A DNA stretch of 54,597 nucleotides, the filler included, from Jimgerdemannia flammicorona (taxonomy: Eukaryota): assembly GCA_003990765.1 (NCBI GenBank). It is 3 parts of 3 records of this genome, joined end to end, with 100 filler letters (N's around TTAATTAATTAA, not from the genome) between each part and the next. Parts side by side here need not be neighbours in the genome. Positions count along the whole stretch, not along the records: positions 1 to 18,134 come from RBNJ01002293.1; positions 18,235 to 36,368 come from RBNJ01002294.1; 1 more part is not named here. One strand, written 5' to 3'. This document shows positions 13,501 to 26,562 of the stretch, one piece after another. The notes below the pieces were generated by a model. That model did not search any database. It saw nothing but the letters and a program-made list of their open reading frames with translations, and had not been told where the DNA came from. Each line of letters begins with the position of its first letter. Position 1 is the stretch's first letter. Position numbers and translations under genes: made by a program.

Positions 13501-16364
13501 CCCCTACCCCCAAAACACCCTCCTCCTAAAAGACTCCAGTGGTCTGATCCCAGATACCAAATAGTCTCCAGAGATCTTTAGATATCAATTCCCCAGTAAT
13601 CTGCAGTCAACATCCAGTCAATCCTCAAGCCTAGCCCAGCTATCTAATGGGTGAAGACCCTTCAATCCCCCCATCCACATCCACTAATGAACTCAGACAT
13701 TTGATCTTCTCTCAGTCTTTGATACTCTCACTCCTTCCTATCATCTCCCTACCCCCATCAGTTCTGTCTATCTTCTCATCACATATTATATTAAAGTCCC
13801 TTCCTAAACAGTCAATCATAGCCCCCACCAGTACTCCAGACTCTTGTAGCTCCTGTATCTATTCCACTCTCTCCCCCCTGTCTGCTAGACAATAACATGA
13901 CTCCATCATCAAAGGCCTCTAGTCTGGCCTCTTCAAAACTCCCTATGTTACCCTCCCCTCCAATATTCAATATCCCCCAAGTTTCTCTTACCTTTTCTAA
14001 TCAAAATGTCCATGCACCCCTACCAAACAACTACCCCACCCCATTCTGTCATCCATTCCTAACTATTTAAGTCTTCCTCTCATCTAATATCCTATAGTAA
14101 GAACAAATCTCCATCAGTTTCTTTCAGCTATCTAAAGATATTTAGCCTCCTCACCTCTTTTCAAAGTCTATTAACATTCAGAGATAAGATGTTGGTTGTA
14201 CTGTTCAAATCAAATAATGTTATTTGAAGCACTACAGTCTACTCTACAATTCCATACTTACTACATCTCCTGCTATATTCAGATTCTATTCTGCCTCTAG
14301 TCCATCTGCCTCTCTCTGTTGAGCCTCTAATGTCTCCAAGATCTTCTGACAATCTACACCATCTACTGCATCCATCTCTATCCAATATTCCTCATACACT
14401 ATTTACTACTTTGCCAATCCTTTTCTTGGGCCCCATATGTATTCTACTCTGTCATTCACAACTGCTATAAGTACTGTCTCTCTGGTATCACTTATTAGTC
14501 TCCAGTAGTATTACTATTATCTCATTCTGAAGTTTTCAAGACACCTTCTCCTCTCACAAGATTTCATTCCAGTGCCTCTCACTTAGTACCCAGAAGTTCT
14601 CACTCCCCAGCTCTATAGCTGCCATATCTTTCAGTATTTTCTACAACTATTTCTCCTCCACCTCAGTCTCTACTACCCTCTGGACCACCTCCAGCCCCCT
14701 TCCACCTATCTCTCCTTGACATTTCTTCTTGCTGACTTATCCCAATTCTCCTCCAGTATATCTTGCAATCTATCCTCATCACTTGTCCCCCCTGGCACTC
14801 TATACTGAGTATGCTCCCCCTCTACCATCTTGATATTCTCCATAATGAAACTCCACCCTACATCTTTCCTGCCTCCTGAGGCCACTACTTGCACCACCCC
14901 CTTCTCTCCCTCCTTCTCTGCCCATATACTCACCTTCAATCCTGCCCTTTCAGTGTTGTTCTCCCTGGCTGCCCCCCCTCCCAGCTTAGCCAGTAGTTCC
15001 TTCTGGATGTACCTTCTCTGTGCCCTCTCTCAGGCTACCTTATTCAGCCACACCTTCTTGCCATTAATAATCTCCACTACTGTCTTAGTCTTGTACTCCT
15101 TCTAGGCCAATCTTCTTCTCTCCACTGCTCTCACCAGGTCCTCCAATACTTCTAGCAAGTCCTCTCCTTCCTCCTGTATCCCTTTCACTCATGAGACCTT
15201 GTACTCCACAGGTCTCTACTTAAGAACAGCTAGCCAGTCTCTTGCCTTCCTCATATTCTCCTTACCCATCAGCCTCACCCTGATATTTATATATTCTGTT
15301 CTGAATTTGGTACCTTCTCAGACCCTAAACCCAATATCCATAATCTCTCCATACTCCTTGATAGCCTCTACAATCAACTTCTAGGTCTTTTCCTTTATAC
15401 TGTAGAGATGTTCAGTACTATCAGCTATACCACTTGGAGATCTCAGTACAGATACTGAGCCATAGAAATCACAATCCCCTCCACTATCACTCTCTTCTAT
15501 ACTGCCTCCAACAGTACCTCCTTCTTCTCAAAGCCAACCTTTACCTCTTTCAGTCTCTTCAAAAACTTCACTGAGACAGCCTCCTTCACCATCTGGACCA
15601 AAAGCCTCAGAATCATCTACTAAGCCTCAGAAGCACAATGTGATGGTGAATTCCAACCTTGATTTCCTGAGTAATAGTGCTACCACCAGTTCCATCACAC
15701 TATCTACCAGATCTCTAGGCCTTATGCCCTTCTTCTGTCCAGCTCCACTATTAGCCATTATATCTGGATTTTTTTCCAGATTAGTAGTCCCCTTGCTATC
15801 AGCAGTCTCACTCCTCCTAGCTACTACTCTCTCAGCCCTACTGCTCTTACTGCTATGGGCTGTACCCTTAGCACTATCAGCTCTCACTATTTCCTTACCC
15901 TCTCTCATATTGTTAAGAAGGAGAAATAGTTGGCAATTCCCTTGAGAAGGACAAAAGCTGTGCTTTGTGTATTAATATACACCAGTGTTTGAAAGCATTG
16001 CTCTATTGCACCTACAGATTGGCAAGCATCTCAACACAGCCCTCTCTCAGCCAGCCCTCTAGCCCCATCATCATCATTGGTCCACCTCTCTTCATCTTAT
16101 TCATAAAACTCATCCTCTCTGTCTCCTATCCCCTAGTACTCTCTCCTCTCCTTCCTTATCCACTAGCCAGCAAGTCTCTCATACTTCCCTCCAAGCCATG
16201 GCTTCTCCCCACATACTGCCAGTTGAACACACTAGAGCTATCCTGCCCAGCATATATCTCAGGACACTTGTTAGTCACTATATTGCTAGTATCTTTTCTC
16301 CAAAATGATTGCTTGAGTATATTGTCAAAAGATTGTATAATCTAAATGTTACTAGAGAAAGATG
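10541..16364 (-). mobile_element. Full-length degenerate L1/Tx1-type LINE
   Basis: 53-nt poly(T) at 10541-10593. RT remnant (NWRLIILLNMD, FLDQEKTYDRI) and ORF1 remnant. 5' end CATCTTTCTC is shared with the other copies. Probable 13-bp TSD GGATCTGAGTCTA (10528-10540) / AGATCTAAGTCTA (16365-16377), although the target is itself repetitive. Confidence 0.92.
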
Positions 16365-17145
16365 AGATCTAAGTCTAAGTCTAAGTCTATATCAATTACT
16401 CTAGTCATCCTGACTATTATAGCTACTCTGGTCTTAGCTATTATAATTATTTAGCTTCAATTGCTTTCATCCTAATTACTTTAATAACTACTTTAGTTCT
16501 AGCTACTCTGGTTACTTTAGCTCTAACTACTCTAGTTATTCTAGTTCCAACTACTCTGGCTACTTCAGTTCTATCTACTATAACTATAATTATAAAAAAA
16601 CTAAGAGATTATTAATCAAGAACTAATTACTATAACTATAACTTATAAAATAATATATAAAATTTACTTCTATCTTTACTAATACTTTAACTCTTTATTA
16701 TCAAATATCTCATCAAAAAAGAGAAAATATAATAATACTTATATATTAAGCTACTATTATAAAAAGATATCAATATTATGAGAATAAAGAAAAAGTTGAT
16801 TATGAAAAATAAAAAAAATAAAAAGAATAAGTAGGCTAAAGAGAAGAAATATATAAAGTATAATCTTAATATAAAAAAGTTAATAAATAGAATATATATA
16901 AATAGATAAATATATAAATTTTAAAATTTAAGTAACTTTTTAAGTAATTTTATTATATTTATTAATTTAATAAAGAATTTAATAAACTGATAAAAAACTA
17001 ATAATATATAGAAAAATGATATACTATCTGAATAGATTTTTCTCATATATAATAGTCTAATTCTCATAATATGTAGTCTACTATAATAACTTAATAAAAT
17101 TATATTTAAATTTAATAAATTTTAGCTTAAATTTATTATATATAT

Positions 17146-18102
17146 TATCATATAGTGGGTACTAAGTTCTCCAAGTATATCAAATTCTCTTCAAGATGTA
17201 TCTCTTAGACCAACTACAAGTTTCTTATAAGCAAGTTCTATTAGAGTACCTTTTCAAGGTCTTATAGTTCTCAAACTTCTTATCTTTAAACTATTTTATT
17301 ATCTCCTGGATTTACTTGCTTAGAATTGAGTAGAGGACTGGAACTTCTGTACTTCTTGAGTAGTTAGGGACTTGAGTATTTGAATACTTAACTACTGACT
17401 ACTGACTTTATTTCAATAGAAATGAGGGGGTATTTATATAAAATATAATTCAATGGTTGCTAAGTTATAAAACTAAATATAAATTCCAATAACTAAATAA
17501 ATAAGATACTTAAATACAGAAAACTTTAGGTTGTAAGTACAAATTTAAGTATCTGTACAATTGGTTATATAAGATCAGAATTCTGGAAGAATTCTAATAG
17601 TTACACAAAGAACTCTGAGCAGAATATTCAGAATTCTGAGGGTTTCATCTTCATCACTATCATCAAGACTAGAGATCAGAGACAGAATGTTTTTGAAGAA
17701 AATGAGGTCAGTAAATATCTTATCTATTTCATGTATTTTACATATATTATATATTTCACATACTTTATGTATATCAATTAGTGGGATGATGTCATCACTG
17801 ATAATATTATTATCAATAATATTATCATATTCAGCAGTAGTAGAGAGGAGAGCAAGGAGATCAGGGGCTCTTCAATCTATGAGATTCTCCTCTATAAAGT
17901 AGGAGATAAAGATAAAATCTTGAGGGAGTCTAATCTGGATACTGGGACCTTAGAACACTGAGATTAATCATTACAGAAATTGATCTGAGTCATCCTTGAG
18001 GATAAGATTCCAGAACTCTTCTACCTTATCACTTCTGAGAGTAATAGTGGATTGGGATTCTGTGACTACTATGGCCTTTAGTATATCTATGTGGTGGGTT
18101 GA

Positions 18103-18105
<3 letters not shown>
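17146..18105 (-). mobile_element. Partial LTR of the dUTPase-Gypsy family, interrupted by a poly(T) tail (18106-18134) and a gap
   Basis: Aligns with 29772+, 39530+ and 46674+, including the 3' part of the LTR ORF. Confidence 0.85.
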
Positions 18106-18134
<29 letters not shown>

Positions 18135-18234
18135 NNNNNNNNNNNNNNNNNNNNNNNNNNNNNNNNNNNNNNNNNNNNTTAATTAATTAANNNNNNNNNN
18201 NNNNNNNNNNNNNNNNNNNNNNNNNNNNNNNNNN
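18135..18234. other. Assembly gap with TTAATTAATTAA linker
   Basis: N runs flank a 12-nt all-frame stop linker at 18179-18190. The same structure occurs at 36369-36468. Confidence 0.97.
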
Positions 18235-18814
18235 CAAAGGCCCCCACCTTCCATACAATACCAAATATGGAGAGCCCCGCTATCTTCCGGCGAATCCTAT
18301 CCAACAATGGTTCCAGAGAAAGGGCATAGAGAATCGGGGACAGAGGGTCCCCCTGAGGTACTCCCCTTCCCAAAGAAAAAGCCCTCCCTCGATGACCATT
18401 ACATGTCAGAGCTGCCCGACTACTTTCCAGCAGACTCAACATAGAGGCTCTAAATGTTGGGGGAACACCAATGCGGTCCAACACCTTTCCTAGCCACACC
18501 CGCCGTACACGGTCGTAGGCCTTCTCCTGGTCCAGAAAGACCAACCTTCCATCCAGCCCACAGGCCCGGGCTCCCTCAATGACCCCATGAACCCATGCAG
18601 TTCCGTCTCGGATTAGCCTACCCCCAACAAAGCCCCGCTGCTCTTCTCCCAGCACCTGTTGGGCAACCTTCTGCAGCCTCGCAACAATCACTTTTGTCAC
18701 CATCTTCCTGTCCATATCCAGTAGCATGATCGGCCACCAGTTCCTCCAGTCTTCCCGTCTTCCCTTGTCTTTGTACAGTAGGGCCACCAGCCCCAAATCC
18801 TGCTCTCCAACCCA
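18235..18814 (-). mobile_element. Young, 5'-truncated LINE RT segment inserted in an older LINE
   Basis: Open frame with FLDQEKAYDRV, GVPQGDPLSPILY and KVGAF. Retains CpGs. Abrupt junction to a different, downstream part of the older LINE at ~18814. Confidence 0.85.
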
Positions 18815-21800
18815 ACACTATTACTCTATCTGTTAGAGAGATATATCAGCTACCTTACTCTAGGAGAGTATTTCTCCACTCAAGTAGCTACTGCTTCTAC
18901 TATCTCTAAGACAATAAGGAATCATATACTGAGAAGTAGATTCTCAGGTACCAGACTATATTTCCTACTAGGACAACTGTTCCAATTACATCTCCTCCTA
19001 CTTTCCCTCTACCTAGTACCAGAGTCTTATACTTATGCTAGTTAAACTTAGTACCTGAGCATCTCTCATACCATTCTACTGCTTTCTTCAGTACTGCCAC
19101 ATCTTCCACTAAGCCCAGCCCTACCACTATGTTATCAGCAAAGGCCTCCACCTTCCAGTTCATTCTCAGAATATTTAACCCCCCTCTACTCTGTGTCTAA
19201 TCCAGTCTAATAAAGGCTCCAGAGAGAGGATATAGAGAATCAGTAACAATGAGTTTCCCTATAGCACTCCTCTACTTAGGGGAAAAAACTCTCTCCTATA
19301 CTTATTTACCAAAATAGCTATCTAACTCCCCTCTAATAGGTTGATCAAAGATTGCCTAAACTTTGGGAGAACTCTTATATACTTCAGTATCCCCTCAAGC
19401 CACACTTTCTGGACTCTGTCATAGGCCTTCTCTTGGTCCAGAAATACTAACCAACCATCAACCCCTGCAGTACAAGTATCTTCAGTAATACCATATATCT
19501 ATACCATCTTATCTCTTATCAAATGACCTCTAATGAAATCCCTCTGCTCTTCTTCTAATATCTGCTGAGCTACTCTCTGTAGTCTAGCCACTAATATCTT
19601 TGTAACCAACTTTCAATCCATATTCAGAAGTATGGTCAGTCTCCAGTTCTTTCAATTCTCTCTTCTCTTCTTATTCTTATATAACAGAGCTATAAGACTC
19701 AGATACTGTTCTCTAATTCAAGCTTCCAAGCTAATAACTTTATCACACATCTACATCATCTTCTCCAAAGCCAATTCCACACCTGCTATCCTCTTCCAGA
19801 AATCCCAAAGTAATCTATTCTCTTCAGGAGCCATCTTAAGACTCATTATTACTAATACTCTACAGATTTTCTCCCCTCAGATAAGTACTCTAAGTTCACC
19901 TAAGCCCTTTACTAAGTTTGGGTACCAATCCTCCTAATGTTGTCCAATGTTCTGTGCATCCTCCCTACTCTTCTCCTTACTTTATAATTGCCCTCACTGG
20001 GAACTCAACTGGTCCAAGATCCCTGAAGTACTAACTACCAACTCTCCTACCTCATCCAATACTCCTTCCCACTGCTGCCTCATCCTCTTTACCTGAAGTT
20101 ACCTCAATAAGGACTTTGTAGACCTCTCCCTCTCTTCTAAGCCCTACTACTGCAATTGTACTACAATACTCTTTATCTATAGTTCTTCCTTCTACTGTAG
20201 CAGCCCCCTCAACTCCTCTACCTCTAATCAGACCCACTGAACCCTCCAATCTCCCTCCTCTCTATTATTTAGCAGATTAGCTCACTTCACTAATAGCTTC
20301 TCTAACCTCTGAGAAGCCTACCTTAAACACCTCCTCCTCTGAGCACTCTTCCCCCTCTCTATCTTTCTCTAAAACTATTGAGCATCTGATTTTAAACACC
20401 TCTAATGATCCCCAATCACCAGCTCCTGTACACTCCAGCTAATAATTCTGGAGCTAATGTCAACTACTCATGCATTCTACAAGAAGGGCTCCTCCAGCAA
20501 AGAAATATTCAGGAACTAATATCTAGGCTCCTTCCCACTATCTCCAAACCTCTCACAATCCAGCAGACCTCAATAATCTGACCATGAGCACCAAATTATC
20601 TCTAAAGAGCCCCAGATATCTGCTCTCCAGTACTCAGCAGTTAAGATCCAGTTAATTCTTGAACTCAGCCCTACCACCCAGTGAGTATAGACCCTGCAGT
20701 CTCCCTAACCAAGATGCCCAGTATCCACTAGTAAGCTCTGACTTTCAATATCCTCTCAGTCTTCTATACTCTCACTCTTACCAGTCATCTCCCTCTCTCT
20801 ATCAGTTCTGTCCAACTATCCATCTCATATCATATTGAAGTCTCCCCCCAGATAATCAATTTCCTCTATTACCATAGTACTGGTCTCTTGAAGTCCTCTT
20901 ATCCATTCTACATACTCCTCCCTTTCTACTGGGCAATAATAAGACTCAACTGTCAGAGGGCTCCAGCTCAGTCTTCTCTATACTTCTCACATCACTCTGC
21001 TCTTCCAATGTCCAATATTCTCAATATCCCCCTTGTCCTTTCAAATTAATATGCCTATCTAACTCTGCTATATGACTATATCCCCCCATTCTCTCATCTA
21101 GTCCAGTATATCTAAGTTCTCATTGCATCTTATATCCTATAATAAGAATAGATCTACATTCAGCCCCTTCAACTAGCTGAAAATATTCCAACACCTCACT
21201 ACACCCCACAATCTATTGATATTCAAAGAGAAGATTCTAGTTGTACTGTTCATATTGAATAATGTTTTTTAAGGATCAGTTATCTGCTCTATAATTCTAT
21301 ACTCACTATATTACCAGTAACATCTAGGTTCCTCTCTGTCTCAAGCTCATCTGTCTCTCTCTGCTATACATCTAGTACTTCTAAGATCTTCTAATAGTCC
21401 TCACTATCCACAGCCTCTATATTAGACTAGTACTCCTTATATACTAGATCTCTATAGATAAGCTACACAGTCATTCATAATTACCAGAAGTACTGCCTAC
21501 TAATAGCTAATTTCTAAGCTTCTGCATTATCTCTTCTTCTTGCAGAATCTCACTCCAATGCTTTTCACTAATCATCTGAAAATCTACCTTACCTAACTCA
21601 TCTGCTATAACATTTGTCAGCATCTTCTACAACTACCTCTCCTCTCCTATGGCCTCATTGATACTTAGAGCCATCTTCTGCCCCCCAACCCTCTGATCTC
21701 TCTCAGCATTCATCCTTACTAACTCATCCCAATCCTCGTCCAGCATATTCTATAGCTCATCAGTCCCCTCTCCTCCTATGAGCACTCTATACTACACTTG

Positions 21801-23509
21801 AGTCTCCTCTACCATCACCTTATTCTCTACCACTATACTCTGCCTGGAGCCTTCACCCTCTCCCAGAGTCACTATAGGAGTCTCTCTCTTCTCCTCTGTC
21901 CAGACACTTACCCTCAATCTACCTCCTTTAGCAGTATTCTCCCCCTCTGCCCTCCCTTTCAGATTTACCAATAAGTCTTTCTAATGCTACCTCCCTTGTA
22001 TCCTCTCTTAGACCATCTGATCTAATCACACTCTTCTATCATTCACAATCTCTACCACTATCTTAGCCTTGAAATCCTTTCATGCTAGCTATCTCTTCTC
22101 TACTACTCCAGCTAGGTCTTCTAATGTCTCCAGCAAGTCCTTCTTCTCCTCTGGTATCTCCTTCACCCTCAAGACCTTATACTCTACTGGTCCCCACTTA
22201 AGTACTGCTAGCTAATCTCTTTCTTTCTCAGTATTCTCCTTGTCTGCCAGCCTTACCCTAATATCTACATCCTTAGTTCTGAACTCTGTATCTTCTTAGA
22301 CCCAAAATCTAATATTTTTTTTTATTTTTATTTTTATTTTTATAGTCACTTAGACTTCTGCCTTTATTAATACACCTGTCTATCTTCTAAATAATACACA
22401 GTACCCAACCCTATCCGATCCCCCTAGGGCCCCCCCCCTCCCCCACCCCCTACTTAATGAAAGACCACTTTGTCTAACATCATCTCCACCCACCCGCCAC
22501 TCTGTTCACAGATCCCTTCCACTAGATGGTGATGTTGCCCACCCTGGGGACCCCAACCCACTCACCACCCAGTCAGCAGATCCCCCATCAACCCCTTCCA
22601 CCTTAACAACTTCCCAAAATCTAATATCCACTACATCTCTATACTCCTTGATAATATCTATAATCAGCCTTCTGGCCATCTCCTTCTTTATCATAGATAC
22701 ATTTACCACTACTAGTTATATCACCTGAGAGTCCCAATATAGATACTAAGCCATAGAGATTGCCACCCCTCCCACTACTACTCTTTTCTCCAATGCTCTC
22801 AACATTAGATCCTTCTCCTCAAAGCCCACCTCTACTTCTTCCAGTTTCTTCAGGAACTTCACCAAAGCTGCTCCTTTTACCTTCTGAGCCAGAAGCCCCA
22901 GAACTATTTTTACTATAACTATCAAGCCTTGGAAGTATAGTATGACTGCAAATTCAGATACTAATTTCTTAAGTAATAGTACTACTATCAGATCTATTAT
23001 ACTATCAGCCTGGTCTCTAGTCCTCATGTCTTTCTCTTGCTCAGCCCCACCATTAGCTATCATATCTGAATTTTTTTTTCAGATTAGCAGTTCCCCCTCC
23101 ATTAGCAGTTTTGCTCTCCCCAACTTCTACTCTCTTAGCCCTACTGTTACTCCCACTATGGGCCTCTCTACTAGGCCCTACAGCCTCCTCCTTCTCTTTG
23201 TTCTTCTATAGCTAACTCTTCAATCCAGTTACCAGATACTCTGCCTTGATCTTGTCAGCAAAACTCATTCTCCAAGATCTCTGTCTGCTAGTCCTATCTC
23301 TTCATCCACCAGTGAGAGTACCCAACAGGCTCTCTCCCAAGTTATGACTCCTCTCTATATATTGCTAGTTGAATATACTGGGGCCACTCTACTCTGCACA
23401 CTCCTCAGATTACTCATCAGTCACAATACTATTATTATCTTTTCTTCAAAAATGATGTTGAAAGTATTGTTAAAAGTTTGTATAATCTGAATTTTACTGA
23501 AGAAAGGTG
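18815..23509 (-). mobile_element. Degenerate L1/Tx1-type LINE (5' end to late ORF2)
   Basis: Colinear with 10541-16364. ORF2 start MNSTTRIFSLN near 21250. 5' end CACCTTTCTT at 23509. Confidence 0.9.
22316..22612 (-). mobile_element. ~300-bp 5'-truncated LINE 3' end nested in LINE ORF1
   Basis: T-rich tail followed by TATAGTCACTTAGACTTCTGCCTTTATT, which matches the family 3' end. Flanked by the TSD CCCAAAATCTAATAT at 22301-22315 and 22613-22627. Confidence 0.88.
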
Positions 23510-25249
23510 CTGATTCTTTTTGAATATTATAGGATATTTATATTATTCCTTTATTTATATATATTAGTTATATTTCTCATCAATAAGTAAATTATATACA
23601 TTAATATATTTCTTATCTATAAATAGATATTTTAGATATTTTAGAATACTTTTTGACCTACAATCTGTAAAAATTCCTAGATAGTTATATTTGGATTATA
23701 TATAGTTCTAGTTTTTACATATATTATATATTACTTTTTTATTCTAATTTGTATTCCATTTTTTTAAGTATAGTTAGTATTCTTTTTTTTTAGATTATAT
23801 ATTTCATCAAGTGAGAGTATTGAGATAGCAATTTGATATATAGATATATAACTTTATACTATATACCATTTCATTAGTTTTACATTATTTATCAGTAATA
23901 CATATATAAAATATATGACTTATATAATTTAAATAAACTGCTTCTTCTATTTATCACAATATTCTGACAAATAAAGTTATATCAGTTGACTTTTTTATTT
24001 ATATAAATAAGTTCATTATAAAGATATATCTGACTGACTGGTTTAGATATATTAAATATGATAGATTCTCAGATTCCTCTGACTTAGTCTAATAAGCATA
24101 CTAAAATTGATAGAACTCTTTATATCTGAAAGTAGACCAGAGTGTAAATAAGTTTACAATTTCTTAATAGTAACTCATTGGTAGATATATCTTCTAAGTA
24201 TTACAATCCTTTTTAGATTAAATAGCCTTTGGCAGACATTTCTTTTAAGTATATTAGATAATTATATATAACTTTTACTTAAACTATTTGGACTGAGATT
24301 TATTTACTTTTATTACTAGGATATTTTATATAGATATAGTTACTATCTGGTTACTATATGGCTAATTATAAAATATATAGTAAGAATAATTTAAGAAAAT
24401 ATTCTTTCAGAAAATAGATATTTCTCTAGGATATAAGTATTTTTCCAGAGTATAGATATATCTTAGTATTATGAAATTTGTCCTAATTTAGTATATCAGA
24501 CTATTTATATAATAGTAGTATATAGAGTAACTATAGGGTAACTATACTGGATATTTTACATATTATCTAGTTATACTGTAATATTCACTTATCACTTTAG
24601 TTATTATTCTAATATCTATAGGTATCTTCTATATCTATATCTATACTATCATCTCTTTCTATATCTGAGCCACTCTATTTTAAGAGTTCTTCTTCTTCTA
24701 GAAATAAGATTTTGACTTGACTGATAATACTCTGGTAGATAGCTATATTTATTTTCTATATATTATTTAGAAAGAACTGGACTTAAGTAAGAGCTAAGAA
24801 GTTTCATTTATATATAGTATAAAGTCTATTAGCTACTAGAGTATTTCTGATATATATCTATTTTAAAGCTAGAAGATCTTGTAGTTGTCTTTCAATAATA
24901 TAGTAGGCCTGTAGTTAGTGAATCTTAAGTAACTGTTGTACTAAGGTGAGGTTCTTTTGATATATTTAGATCTATTATAGATAAGTTCTTTAAACTTTGT
25001 AAAACTGAGATAGAGAAACTAGTAAAGCTTGAAGAGAGCTGAGAATAAAGATCTGAAAGTATTAGTCAATTCTCTAGTTTATTATATTGAGAGGAAGTAT
25101 ATCTTAAGATAGTTGATATAGACTGAGATTTTTAAGATATATCTATCTATACTTCTTATATAGACACTAGTTTCTCTGAATTGTATATAAGATAAGATTC
25201 TTCCATTTAGGCTCCAATTTGGTAGCAAAGTTGATTTCAATCATACTTT

Positions 25250-26562
25250 CAGCTGCAGCAAACGCCCCGACGCGACAATTCGCAACAACAATGCACGAGT
25301 TCTGGTTCATATCCGTCCCTATTTCAGGCAACCTGACCAACACACATCTGAACTTGAAGAACAAGTTGCATGATGCCGCAGACGTTTCTCTCTTCAGCAT
25401 TCCAGTGTTCAAGATCGGAACCCTTGACGCGTTGGTTGTCATGTCCGACGATCTGGCAAAGTTTGACCTCGCCTTCGAGCAATCAACCCTGAAGATCTCA
25501 GACATTCTTCGAACCCTGCTGCGGAATACTCAGACCGACCTCAACAGCCAACTCACCGTCAACGAAAAAAGCGTGGACCAGTACATCAAAACCTTCGAAT
25601 GGAATACGACGAAATATCGCATCGACAAGTCGCTCCAAGAGATCACCGAACTTCTCAATCAGGAAGTCACGTCCATCGACACACTCATGAAGCACAAGAT
25701 GTCAAACTACACACAAGTGAAAGGGAGCCTGCAGAACTTGCAAAGAAAGGAGACAGGCAACCTGGCGGTCAAGAATTTGGTTGGAATCGTGAAGAAGGAG
25801 CATTTTGTTCTGGATTCGGAATACCTCGAAACCATCCTGGTGGCCGTCCCGAGGAACCTTTACAAAGACTGGCTCAACAAGTATGAGACTCTTACGCAGA
25901 TGGTCGTCCCGCGATCCTCGCAGAAGGTAGTGGAGGATGACGAATATGGAGTGTTCACGGTTACCCTATTCAAACGTATCGTGGAAGACTTCTCGCACAG
26001 ATGTAGAGAAGAGAAATTCGTTGTAAGGGACTTCAAGTACGACGAAGCCGCGCTTACAAACCAGAAGAAGGACCTGGAGGAGATCACTGCGACGGAGAAA
26101 GAGCAACAGACCACCCTTCTGCAGCTGGCCAAGACGAACTTTGGCGAGATCTTCGCGTCGTGGATACACCTCAAGGCTCTGAGGATCTTTGTGGAATCCG
26201 TGTTGCGTTATGGGTTGCCACCTGATTTTGCTGCCATGGCCGTCAAGCCAAAACACAAGATGGATCGCAAGGCTCGCGAGGTGCTCAATACGCAGTACGG
26301 CCACTTGGGCGGCATCCACGGCCAGCAGGTACAGTCCAAGTCCGGCGACGCGGACGAGGCGCTGGAGCAGCAGTACCAAAGTTTATTCGATAACGACTAC
26401 CACCCATACGTTTTCTTTGATGTTCGTTGGGATCCTGAGCGCAAGTGATTTATTACTGTGTAAGATATAAAAAACATGGATTGGTTTTAGCTGCTATGAC
26501 TTGAATAAGATCAATGCTGCAGTGCGGATTCCTTGAAAAAAATAAAATAAAATAAAATAAAA
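25250..26562 (+). other. Processed retrocopy unit (5'UTR + CDS + 3'UTR + A-tail)
   Basis: 13-bp direct repeat TCAATCATACTTT at 25237-25249 and 26563-26575. Tail A7(TAAAA)4 at 26536-26562. No introns. Confidence 0.9.
25291..26448 (+). CDS. VMA5: V-type proton ATPase V1 subunit C (385 aa), intronless
   Basis: Family motifs FWFISVP, FKIGTLDALV, DSEYLET, MVVPRSS and WIHLKALRIFVESVLRYGLP. The first ATG at 25291 has a good context (ACAACAATG). The ORF-track extension to 25219 runs into TE sequence. Confidence 0.96.
   Translation: MHEFWFISVPISGNLTNTHLNLKNKLHDAADVSLFSIPVFKIGTLDALVVMSDDLAKFDLAFEQSTLKISDILRTLLRNTQTDLNSQLTVNEKSVDQYIKTFEWNTTKYRIDKSLQEITELLNQEVTSIDTLMKHKMSNYTQVKGSLQNLQRKETGNLAVKNLVGIVKKEHFVLDSEYLETILVAVPRNLYKDWLNKYETLTQMVVPRSSQKVVEDDEYGVFTVTLFKRIVEDFSHRCREEKFVVRDFKYDEAALTNQKKDLEEITATEKEQQTTLLQLAKTNFGEIFASWIHLKALRIFVESVLRYGLPPDFAAMAVKPKHKMDRKAREVLNTQYGHLGGIHGQQVQSKSGDADEALEQQYQSLFDNDYHPYVFFDVRWDPERK

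Noticed and set aside
18135..18234. TTAATTAATTAA palindrome repeated at 36413
   Set aside because: Artificial scaffold linker between N runs. Adjacency across these gaps should not be trusted.
25219..25290. N-terminal extension of VMA5 in the ORF track
   Set aside because: It starts at a non-ATG codon in Gypsy sequence and crosses the TSD. Family similarity begins at the ATG at 25291.
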